From positions 1 through 64,000 of the forward strand of contig OZ244651.1 of NCBI GenBank assembly GCA_965218695.1: 64,000 nt of DNA, in the 5' to 3' direction. This DNA comes from Nitrosopumilus sp. (GTDB lineage Archaea > Thermoproteota > Nitrososphaeria > Nitrososphaerales > Nitrosopumilaceae). The notes under the pieces are model-generated. The model saw nothing but the letters and a program-made list of their open reading frames with translations. It searched no databases and was not told where the DNA came from. Position numbers and translations under genes: made by a program. Positions 39,290 through 48,049 of this stretch are shown here, piece by piece (positions within the stretch are counted from its first letter, which is position 1; every line of letters starts with the position of its first letter).

Positions 39290-40581
39290 GGCTCTGGTAA
39301 ATTTTGGTGATCTCTGATGTTCACTGCTCAAAAGTGTGTTTTTGGATCTTCTCCAGATTCAACTCCGCCGCATTTCGTCACGGTGTTCAAAAGTGTGGTG
39401 CCTTCCACAAGGCTGTTCAAAAGCGAGCTAAGCCACACTTACACCTTGGTGGTAAATTTTGGTGATCTCAGTCAGTTCTCTTCTGGATCACGGCGGCATT
39501 GCAGCGGTACACGTAAAAAATCCCGTGTAGGTGTATCTGCCCGGCGGTCATACTCAATGGTTAATTAGTGCAAATTTTTGAATTAGATTGGTCATGGTAG
39601 AAGAGGGAAGGGCACGTGAGGAGAAGCGTGAGAATTATGCCGCAAAGCACACTGCCCCGAAGAGAAAGAACATGCGGATTGCAATCGGCGTCCTAGTGGC
39701 GATTGCCGCCATCGTAGGCATCTATGGCGCCGTTGTCATTGTCACGACCGACGTCCCGCCCGACCGTGTGCTATCAATTCAAGGTGCCCATGATCATGCA
39801 GCCATACTGGTAACGATATTCGATGACGAGTTTGACTTTTCAATGTCTGCATACCAGACAAAATCTACATGGATTCAGTTTGAGGGAGGGGACGGTACCA
39901 CTGTCCACAAGCACGCTGTGGGACCGACATTGGGGTATTTCTTTGAGACGCTCAGCCTTGGGCTTGATGACCAGTGCTTTGTGTTCCAAGGCGGAAGGGA
40001 GTTTTGCACCAACGATGAATATGATCTTAGATTCTTCATCAATGGCGAAGAGCTCTCTGACATCAGAGACTATGAGATCTTCGAGGACGACAGGATCCTA
40101 ATTTCATATGGCGCCACACCAGAACAGCTGGAATCCCAGATGGATCAGATAAGCAAGCAGGTCACAGTAAAGTAGAATTTGGGTAGCATTACGACACACA
40201 TGAGGCGGCGGCTGTTGTTTTTGGGATCCCAGACAGGGTGTGCCTGCAACCCAACAATTCTCATATGACAAATAGCATAAACAGGACCTGATTTTTGGAC
40301 GCCCCTTAAACCAATACCGACCATAATCAACATGCGAACCATCAAACGATTCGGCATCACGTTTTTGGCATGCCGGTGGGCTCGGGTAAATTCCAGTGAT
40401 CTGATCACCGAAATCTACCACCAAGGTGCGGGTGTGGCCCAGCTCACTTTTTGAACAGCATTATTGGAGGCATGACATTTTTGAACACTCTGACGAAATG
40501 CGGCGGGGCCGAACTTGGAGAATAGTCTAAAACACACTTTTGAACAGTGAACGGTAGAGATTACCAGAATTTAACAGAGTC
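39290..40581. mobile_element. putative composite transposon bounded by inverted MITE-A copies (39290-39468 and 40379-40581)
   Basis: Both outer ends are MITE-A left ends; flanked by direct repeat CCAATCTG (39282-39289, 40582-40589). Confidence 0.7.
39588..40175 (+). CDS. membrane-anchored thaumarchaeal protein (often annotated protein-disulfide isomerase-like)
   Basis: Basic N-terminus, TM helix, HDHAAI, VHKHA, CF...FC, DRILISYG. Confidence 0.8.
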   Translation: MVMVEEGRAREEKRENYAAKHTAPKRKNMRIAIGVLVAIAAIVGIYGAVVIVTTDVPPDRVLSIQGAHDHAAILVTIFDDEFDFSMSAYQTKSTWIQFEGGDGTTVHKHAVGPTLGYFFETLSLGLDDQCFVFQGGREFCTNDEYDLRFFINGEELSDIRDYEIFEDDRILISYGATPEQLESQMDQISKQVTVK

Positions 40582-40649
40582 CCAATCTGTGGAAAACACG
40601 CTAAGAGTTAACAGAGTGGAATTAAATAATTGCCGGCCACACCAGATGC

Positions 40650-41804
40650 ATGTATGATGTTGTGGTGGCAGGCGGAAGCATTGCAGGACTGCTGTGCGCA
40701 AGGGAGATAGCCTCTGCAGGATTCGACGTGCTTGTAATCGAGGAGGACTACGAGGTCGGAACGCCGGAGCACTGCGGCGGCCTGGTGAGCAGCGCGGGGC
40801 TGGAAGAGCTGGGAGTGATCCCGTTCAGGAGGATGCTGGGGCATGCCATAACGACTGCAAAATTCACGGCTCCAAACGGCCGGAGCTTCACGGTGGATTC
40901 TGGCAGGCAGAACGTGCTTGAGATAAGCAGGAGGGAGCTTGACAAGCAGGTGGCGCTGCAGGCCCGGAGGAGCGGGGCCGAGATCCGCGTCAGGACGAGT
41001 CTCCAGGAGGTTACAGGGACCGGGGCAAGGACCAAGGAAGAGGAGATAGGGTGCAGGATTCTGGTGGATGCCAGGGGGATATCCTCGGCAATCCGCAGGG
41101 ACAAGACAGGGGTGCTTGCATCCGCACAGTACGAGGTGTATGCAGACTGGATAAGAAAGGGGGAGGTTCAGGTGTTCTTTGACCAGCAGAGGTTCCCGGG
41201 ATTCTTTTCATGGGTGATTCCATCCGAGAACGGAAGGGGAAAGATCGGCGCTGCAGGAAGGGGCATCAATGCAGGCAGGGTACTGGACGATCTCATCATG
41301 GAGAAGGGCGGATGCTCGACTGTCAGGAAGATCTTTGCCCCGATATGGGTAAGGGGCCCCATCGGCAACTTTGTAGAGGGCAATACCGTGATCGTCGGGG
41401 ATGCTGCAGGGCAGGCAAAGCCCACGACGGCAGGCGGAATATTTACCGGGGGAATGGGAGGAATTCTTGCAGGCAGGGCCGTGTCGGGGTTTCTGGCCAC
41501 GGGCCAAAGGGGCAGGCTTGCCGGGTACCAGAAGGAGTGGATCGGGAGGTTTGGAGACGAGTTTCAAAGACAGGTTCTTGCAAGGAACGTGCTGGAGGGA
41601 CTTGACAACAAGACCATCAACAGACTCTTTGAGGCAGTCACGCCAAAGGTCATCAGCGAGATCTCAGGCAGCGACGGCTTTGACTTTCATGCAATCTCGA
41701 TTGCAAGACTGCTTGGTGCAAGGGGCACTGCCAAGGCAGTCGGTGCCATAGCAGGCAACAGGCTCAGAAGCAGCATCAGGGAGATGCAAGGAAGGTATAA
41801 ATGA
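40650..41804 (+). CDS. geranylgeranyl reductase family FAD-dependent oxidoreductase
   Basis: YDVVVAGGSIAG, PEHCGG, FFSWVIP, VGDAAGQAKPTTAGGI. Confidence 0.9.
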   Translation: MYDVVVAGGSIAGLLCAREIASAGFDVLVIEEDYEVGTPEHCGGLVSSAGLEELGVIPFRRMLGHAITTAKFTAPNGRSFTVDSGRQNVLEISRRELDKQVALQARRSGAEIRVRTSLQEVTGTGARTKEEEIGCRILVDARGISSAIRRDKTGVLASAQYEVYADWIRKGEVQVFFDQQRFPGFFSWVIPSENGRGKIGAAGRGINAGRVLDDLIMEKGGCSTVRKIFAPIWVRGPIGNFVEGNTVIVGDAAGQAKPTTAGGIFTGGMGGILAGRAVSGFLATGQRGRLAGYQKEWIGRFGDEFQRQVLARNVLEGLDNKTINRLFEAVTPKVISEISGSDGFDFHAISIARLLGARGTAKAVGAIAGNRLRSSIREMQGRYK

Positions 41805-41826
41805 AGTTTGGGGACTTTTTCATAAC

Positions 41827-42006
41827 ATGTCATCTACCATATCCCTGCCAAGATGCAGTTGTTGTCTGAGGCACATCATGCCCAACGACAAGTGCGTCAA
41901 GTTCAACTGCCCGGATTGCGGGTCGGATCTGATTTGGAGGTGCCAAAGCTGCAGGGAGGCTGCAAGGGGGTACTCGTGTACCGCGTGCGGCTTCCAGGGG
42001 CCGTGA
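41827..42006 (+). CDS. archaeal zinc-ribbon protein (DUF1610/HVO_2753-like)
   Basis: Manually translated; four CxxC motifs ending CGFQGP*; classic position upstream of EF-1beta. Confidence 0.88.
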   Translation: MSSTISLPRCSCCLRHIMPNDKCVKFNCPDCGSDLIWRCQSCREAARGYSCTACGFQGP

Positions 42007-42010
42007 TGAC

Positions 42011-42292
42011 ATGGCAAGTCTGCTGCTAGTTACAAAGATTCTTCCCACCGGAACGGATGTCGATCTTGACATGATGGCAGAGTCCATCAAGTCCTATCTC
42101 AGCGAAAAGATTGCCATGAGGAGGTATCAAAAGGAGCCCCTGGCATTCGGGCTGGAATTTCTCAAGGCAGAATTTATCCTAGATGACAGCGAGGGTCAGA
42201 TGGACTTGTTGGAGAATGCAGTGAGGGCGTCTGAGGGTGTGAGCGAGTTTGAGGTGCTCAACATGAGTCGGATGTCAGTCGACATGAAATAG
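42011..42292 (+). CDS. ef1b: translation elongation factor 1-beta
   Basis: [12 protein letters not shown]...EPLAFGL. Confidence 0.9.
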   Translation: MASLLLVTKILPTGTDVDLDMMAESIKSYLSEKIAMRRYQKEPLAFGLEFLKAEFILDDSEGQMDLLENAVRASEGVSEFEVLNMSRMSVDMK

Positions 42293-42300
42293 GTGATTCT

Positions 42301-44472
42301 GTGGCGCACAAAGACGAACCTTTGCAGATGAGGGTCGGAGAGGCCAAGCAGAGGGACGTGGGCAAGAAACGGGCAAGGATAGGCCCGCAGGCCATGGATC
42401 ATCTCCATGTTACGCCCGGAGACGTCATAGAGATTATGGGCTCAAAGTCCAGCTGCGTGGTGGTCTGGCCTGTCGACGAGGATGAAAAATTTCAGGACAT
42501 CATCAGGATGGACGGCCAGACAAGAAAGAACGTGGGAGCCACGCTAAACGATTTTGTAAGGATTAAAAAGTCTGTGGCAAAGACTGCAAAGACGGTATCC
42601 CTGACGCCGGTAAACGACACAGTTACGGTGGACAAGGAGTTTACAGACTTTGTAAAGAACAGGCTCAAGGGGCTTCCCATAACACAGGGCGATGAGATAT
42701 CGGTTATGATTCTGGGCAACTCCATGGACTTTAAGATCTCCAAGACTGCTCCGAAGGGGGTTGTAAGGATAGACCGCACCACCGGCCTGTCCATCTCAAC
42801 GGAATCGACAGTTGACAGGAAGGTCAGGGTGACATACGAGGAGGTAGGAGGACTGCGGCACGAGGTCAAGGCAATGAGGGAGATAGTAGAGCTGCCCTTG
42901 AGGCATCCGGAGCTGTTCTCAAGGCTTGGAGTCGAGCCGCACAGCGGGATTCTTCTGTACGGGGCCCCAGGATGCGGAAAGACCCTTCTTGCAAAGGTCC
43001 TTGCAAGCGAGTCAGAGGCCAACATGTTCCTGATAAACGGTCCGGAGATAATGAACAAGTACTACGGGGAGACGGAGGCCAGGCTGCGGGACATCTTCAA
43101 GGAGGCCAAGGACAGCTCTCCGAGCATCATCTTTATCGACGAGATAGACGCGATTGCGCCAAAGAGGGAGGAGGCCTACGGGGACGTGGAAAAGCGGGTC
43201 GTGGCCCAGCTGCTTGCCCTGATGGACGGCCTCGATGACAGGGGCAACGTAATCGTGCTTGGCGCCACAAACAGGCCCGACAGCGTGGATCCGGCCCTGA
43301 GAAGGCCCGGCAGGTTTGACAGGGAGTTTGAGATATCCGTACCAAACGAGGACGGCAGGCTTGAGATCATCCTGATCCACACAAGGGGGATGCCCATAAG
43401 CGAGGATGTCGACCTGAAGAATCTGGCAGCAGAGCTGCACGGATACACGGGCGCAGACATCAAGTCGCTGTGCAGGGAGGCTGCAATGAAGTCCATCAGG
43501 AGGTACCTTCCGGAGATCGACTTGGAGACGGACAGGATCTCATCAGAGGTGCTCCAGTCTATGCAGATACAGATTTCCGACTTTTATGACGCAATGCAGG
43601 AGGTCATTCCCACCGCAATGAGGGAGTTTTACGTAGAGAGATCAAAGGTCATGTGGAAGGATGTCGGGGGGCTGGATGCCATCAAGGACTCCCTGACAGA
43701 CAACCTGGCAGTGGCCATGAAGGATCCGGACAAATTTACAAGAATCGGCATCAGGCCCCCAAGGGGTGCCCTGATCTACGGACCGCCCGGATGCGGAAAG
43801 ACGCTCATCGCAAGGGCGTTTGCCACCGAAAGCGGGGCAAACATGATCCTGGTAAGGGGCCCTGAGATACTCTCAAAATGGATAGGAGAGTCTGAGAAGG
43901 CCATAAGAGGAATATTCAGAAAGGCAAGAATGTCCTCGCCGTGCGTTGTGGTGTTTGACGAGCTTGACTCCCTGGCGCGCTACAAGTCAGGCGAGGGCGG
44001 GGGGACAAGCGAGACCGTGCTAAGCCAGCTGCTCACGGAGATCGAGGAGGGGGTCAGCCCAAGGGTGATCGTGATTGGCATTACAAACAGGCCAGACGTG
44101 CTGGACAACTCGCTGCTGAGGACCGGAAGGCTGGATCTTGCCCTGTACGTGGCCCCGCCTGACGAGAAGGGGCGGCTTGAGATCATCAGGGTCCTCACTG
44201 GAAAGATGCCGCTTGCAGGTGACGTAAAGCTCACAGAGATAGCAGTGGCCACGCATAACTATACCGGCGCTGATCTTGCAGCGCTGTGCAGGGAGGCGGC
44301 AGTCACTGCAATGAAGAATAACTCTGCAAGAATTACCAGCCAGGACTTTGCAAGCAGCCTCAGGCGCATCAGGCCGTCGATCACCAAGGAGGTAGACCGG
44401 TGGTACAACACCGTAAAGGAAGGTATATCTAATGTGGTTCCCAAGTCAGGGGATAAGGCATTTTATGGATAA
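42301..44472 (+). CDS. cdc48: CDC48/VCP family AAA ATPase
   Basis: Two AAA modules: GAPGCGKT/IDEID and GPPGCGKT/FDELD; ALRRPGRFD. Confidence 0.96.
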   Translation: MAHKDEPLQMRVGEAKQRDVGKKRARIGPQAMDHLHVTPGDVIEIMGSKSSCVVVWPVDEDEKFQDIIRMDGQTRKNVGATLNDFVRIKKSVAKTAKTVSLTPVNDTVTVDKEFTDFVKNRLKGLPITQGDEISVMILGNSMDFKISKTAPKGVVRIDRTTGLSISTESTVDRKVRVTYEEVGGLRHEVKAMREIVELPLRHPELFSRLGVEPHSGILLYGAPGCGKTLLAKVLASESEANMFLINGPEIMNKYYGETEARLRDIFKEAKDSSPSIIFIDEIDAIAPKREEAYGDVEKRVVAQLLALMDGLDDRGNVIVLGATNRPDSVDPALRRPGRFDREFEISVPNEDGRLEIILIHTRGMPISEDVDLKNLAAELHGYTGADIKSLCREAAMKSIRRYLPEIDLETDRISSEVLQSMQIQISDFYDAMQEVIPTAMREFYVERSKVMWKDVGGLDAIKDSLTDNLAVAMKDPDKFTRIGIRPPRGALIYGPPGCGKTLIARAFATESGANMILVRGPEILSKWIGESEKAIRGIFRKARMSSPCVVVFDELDSLARYKSGEGGGTSETVLSQLLTEIEEGVSPRVIVIGITNRPDVLDNSLLRTGRLDLALYVAPPDEKGRLEIIRVLTGKMPLAGDVKLTEIAVATHNYTGADLAALCREAAVTAMKNNSARITSQDFASSLRRIRPSITKEVDRWYNTVKEGISNVVPKSGDKAFYG

Positions 44473-44474
44473 AA

Positions 44475-44771
44475 ATGACAGTTCCTCTCCGAAACATCGT
44501 AAATGACAAGATAGTAGAGGCAGGCTCCATGACTGATGCAGAGCTCTACAAGAGCTTGGCAAAGGGGGGGCATGCAATAGCAGAAGACAGATTCAACAAG
44601 CTGCTCTTGGATCTTGAGATTATGGGGCTGATCAAGGTCTCGTGGATCACAAAGGGCGAGCGCAGGATAGAGAGGTACGCAGCAGAAGACGAAGTCGACG
44701 AGGTGGCAGAGCAGAACAGGATCGCAGTAGAGAAGGACTACGAGGCAAGCTTTCCCGGTTTTGAAAAGTAG
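44475..44771 (+). CDS. conserved winged-helix-like protein downstream of cdc48
   Basis: FNKLLLDLEIMGLIKVSW. Confidence 0.75.
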   Translation: MTVPLRNIVNDKIVEAGSMTDAELYKSLAKGGHAIAEDRFNKLLLDLEIMGLIKVSWITKGERRIERYAAEDEVDEVAEQNRIAVEKDYEASFPGFEK

Positions 44772-44865
44772 CCGACGCGCACAATATCAGGTGGCGTGAT
44801 TCCTGCCTATCTGCCAAAGGCGTGCGTGCGTGCATGCATGCATGCATACGGTTCCTGCAAGAAGG

Positions 44866-45753
44866 CTATGTCAGCGGAACGTGAAACGCCGCATCGAGTG
44901 CGACTGCTGCAAATATCACCGTAAGGTACGGGGCAGTCACCTTGTATGCCTTCCATGCAAACTCCGATGTGGGGGTCTTTGTAAGTTTGTAGTGGTATGC
45001 AAGCATCAGGCCGCCTGAGACTGCTGCAATTACGGTGTAGACCAGGCCCATCCCGTCAGGAATGAGCGAGGGTATCATGGAGAATGGCAGCAGTATCATG
45101 GTGTTTCCCAGGATGTACTTGGATGTCTTTTGCATTCCAATCACGACAGGCAGCATCGGAACGTTTGCCTGGGCATACTCGTCTTTGATCTTCATTGCAA
45201 GACACCAAAAGTGGGACGGGGTCCAGACAAACACCAGGAATCCGATCAGGAATCCCAGCAGATCCAGGCTTCCGGTGGCTGCAGACCAACCCGCCCAGGA
45301 GGCGGCGCTGCCTGCGATGCCCCCGATTACAATGTTTGACGTGTTTAGCCGCTTGAGCCACACCGTGTACACTACCACGTACGAGAATATCCCAACTGCG
45401 ATAAAGAAGGCGGACACGGGATTCAGCGCAAAATACCCGTACACCACAGACACGCAGCTCACTACCAGGCCGTACGCCAGCACGTGCGAAGGGGCCATCC
45501 GGCCTGACGGGATGGGCCTTGTGCTGGTCCGCTTCATCATGGGATCAATGTCCCGGTCATAGTAGTGGTTCAGGGCGCTGGATCCTGCAGACGCAAGGGC
45601 GCCTGCAAGTATGATATGCAGGTACATCCAGGGGCCGAGTTCGGGGACACCGTCAACTAGCCTGCTTGCAGCATACATCGATGTAACGGCGGTGATAACC
45701 AAAAGAACGACAATTCGAGGTTTGGAGATCTCCACTATCTCATTAAAGCCCAA
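44866..45753 (-). CDS. ctaB: protoheme IX farnesyltransferase (heme O synthase)
   Basis: KPRIV, NHYYDRDIDPMMKRTSTRPIPSG, WTPSHFW. Confidence 0.95.
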   Translation of the reverse strand: MGFNEIVEISKPRIVVLLVITAVTSMYAASRLVDGVPELGPWMYLHIILAGALASAGSSALNHYYDRDIDPMMKRTSTRPIPSGRMAPSHVLAYGLVVSCVSVVYGYFALNPVSAFFIAVGIFSYVVVYTVWLKRLNTSNIVIGGIAGSAASWAGWSAATGSLDLLGFLIGFLVFVWTPSHFWCLAMKIKDEYAQANVPMLPVVIGMQKTSKYILGNTMILLPFSMIPSLIPDGMGLVYTVIAAVSGGLMLAYHYKLTKTPTSEFAWKAYKVTAPYLTVIFAAVALDAAFHVPLT

Positions 45754-45959
45754 TCCTACTTTGTCCCACTCCTAGCCATTTAATTTATTCGTCGGGTGTA
45801 GTGGTTTTGGGAGCCATTCCCGCCACATTACATGCATGTGCCGGTTCGCAGGGGGCTTGGCAGGCTGCACGGCATATGGAGGAATTGGGTTCCCTGCAGG
45901 CAAGGCGGCCGCGCACATTTCAAAACGAATAAGTATATCAGCCATGCCAGCTATTCTAA

Positions 45960-47048
45960 ATGAGTAATTGGGATCTGATGATGCCGGGAATGGGTCTGAC
46001 TGCCATAGGCATTGCAGGCCTTACCATATCATACGCGGGCATAGCACACACGTTCATCGACGGCATGCACGCGCTCACCGGCCTTACCATGTTTGTGGGA
46101 CTGATCTTCCTTGCAGTGGGGATTCTGGACGGGGGAATATCGACTAGCAACAAGGCCAAGGCAACCACCCTGGTGATCCTGTCGATCATGTTTGGGTTTG
46201 GAACATTTGCATTTACCTTCAATACCTCTGTATACACTGTCACACTGGCAGGAATCCTCATGGGGGTCGCGTTTCCGGCAATTGCCATAGCGTACATTGC
46301 ATCAAAGTATCCGGTGTACCTAAAGCCGGTGGGCACGATAATGGGGCTTGCCGCAGCCACGGGGATCATCGTATGGGTCGCCTTTGGGTTTGTCAGCCCG
46401 GACACATACCTGATTCCACAGGAGATAGCAATCGAGGAGCCCGAAGAGGAGGTCTCCAATGCCCCGGTCTTTGCAATCGAGATTCTGGAGGGCTCAGACA
46501 TCGACGGGAATCCGGACTATTCTCCTGATGTCGCAGTAGTGCCGCAGGGCTTCCGGATAGAATGGACAAACGCAGACGCAGTCATCCACACCGTAACTTC
46601 CACAGATGATGTGGGCGAGACATTCGACTCAAGCCTGCTGGGTGCAGGCCTGGTGTACACGCTGGACACGGCGGATCTGGAGGTAGGAGAGTACGATTAC
46701 TTTTGTCTGGTGCATCCGTGGATGAACTCGTTACTGATAATCGAGGAGCCAAAAGAGCCGGTCACGGTCGTGATTCCGCCAGGTTCAGGACTCATCAAGG
46801 ACGACGGGATCTACTACGATCCGGAGAACATCGACGTGCCGGTGGGCACCACCATATCATGGGACAACCAGGACGATGTGGCGCATACTGTAAATGCAGG
46901 CACGCCTGATGGCGGCCCCACGGATCTGTTTGACTCTGGGTTGTTTGATGGAGGGGTCGCATACGAGTTTACATTTACCGAAGCAGGAACCTATGACTAT
47001 TACTGCCTGGTCCACCCATGGATGGTCGGCACAGTCACCGTCGGATAG
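45960..47048 (+). CDS. four-TM membrane protein with two plastocyanin-like copper domains
   Basis: Four hydrophobic helices; two H-T-V ... C-L-V-H-P-W-M type-1 Cu sites; architecture matches the AOA protein proposed as a quinone reductase. Confidence 0.88.
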   Translation: MSNWDLMMPGMGLTAIGIAGLTISYAGIAHTFIDGMHALTGLTMFVGLIFLAVGILDGGISTSNKAKATTLVILSIMFGFGTFAFTFNTSVYTVTLAGILMGVAFPAIAIAYIASKYPVYLKPVGTIMGLAAATGIIVWVAFGFVSPDTYLIPQEIAIEEPEEEVSNAPVFAIEILEGSDIDGNPDYSPDVAVVPQGFRIEWTNADAVIHTVTSTDDVGETFDSSLLGAGLVYTLDTADLEVGEYDYFCLVHPWMNSLLIIEEPKEPVTVVIPPGSGLIKDDGIYYDPENIDVPVGTTISWDNQDDVAHTVNAGTPDGGPTDLFDSGLFDGGVAYEFTFTEAGTYDYYCLVHPWMVGTVTVG

Positions 47049-47050
47049 AC

Positions 47051-47461
47051 TTGAACAGGATAATCCTGTCACGCCCAGATATCGATACGCTTACTAGACA
47101 CGCAGAGGATCGGATGCCCAACGAGGCATGCGCAATGCTGCTTGGGAGGGATGACTGCGTCAGGAGGCTGTTTCTGACTGAAAATACGGACATGTCACCT
47201 GCAAGGTTTACAGTATCGCCAGAGCAGCTGCTCGAGGCATACAGGGCAGCAGATGCTGCAGGACTCGAGGTGATAGGAATATTCCACTCCCATCCCGTCT
47301 CGGAGGCATATCCGTCAGAGACCGACAGGAGGTTCATGCGAGGCAATCCGGTGGTATGGATCATCTATTCAGGGGCAAGCAAGGATCTCAGGGGGTACGT
47401 GCTGGAGCGCGATGGCAGTGCAAGGGAGGTCCGGATAGTCTGCCAGGATTCGGAGCCCTAG
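47051..47461 (+). CDS. JAMM/Mov34 (M67) metalloprotease
   Basis: PNEACA, FHSHP...PSETD JAMM motif; TTG start. Confidence 0.9.
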   Translation: MNRIILSRPDIDTLTRHAEDRMPNEACAMLLGRDDCVRRLFLTENTDMSPARFTVSPEQLLEAYRAADAAGLEVIGIFHSHPVSEAYPSETDRRFMRGNPVVWIIYSGASKDLRGYVLERDGSAREVRIVCQDSEP

Positions 47462-47592
47462 GGTCACGGATGTCCTTCACATGCAGGCTGCATCTATGGC
47501 ATTCCGGTGCAGTACGACTGCAGGCACCAGATCCATTCTATCCCCATAGAGCATTCATTCTAAATTAAATATGGCTTTTTTTCATTAATGTC

Positions 47593-47850
47593 ATGGAGAT
47601 TCACGTATACGACACCTACGTCAAGGCTGCAGACGGTCACACCATGCACTTTGACGTAATCACCAGTGAGAAGGATCACGCCAAGGCCATCACGTATGGC
47701 AAGGAGTGGCTCGAATCCGTCGGCGAGGGAGACGCAGTAATGACTCAAAACGAGTGCCAATTCTGCCATTCCCAAGGTGCTCCGGCGCCTGTCGAGCAGT
47801 CAATCAGGGAGAAAGGCTACTTCATCCAAAAGATGGAAGGCTGCTCCTAA
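47593..47850 (+). CDS. DUF2024 family protein
   Basis: VYDTYV...MHFDVI...ECQFCHSQ...GYFIQKMEGC. Confidence 0.85.
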   Translation: MEIHVYDTYVKAADGHTMHFDVITSEKDHAKAITYGKEWLESVGEGDAVMTQNECQFCHSQGAPAPVEQSIREKGYFIQKMEGCS

Positions 47851-47956
47851 ACATTTTTTTCCTTTTTTGCCAAACCAGGTAGCATCATCCTGCCGCGTGC
47901 AGTCCCCTGTCAGGCAACGCAGACACGCAGTTGACGGAGACTATCCGTAATGGCCT

Positions 47957-47990
47957 GCATCATAATCATCATCATCATCATCATCATCAT
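47957..47990. repeat. (CAT)n microsatellite
   Basis: Directly visible between convergent genes. Confidence 0.9.
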
Positions 47991-48049
47991 GCAGAATCCA
48001 GGCATGTGTTCTTGAGTCTCAAAGACGGCAGTTGGACTCTTCTTCCTGA

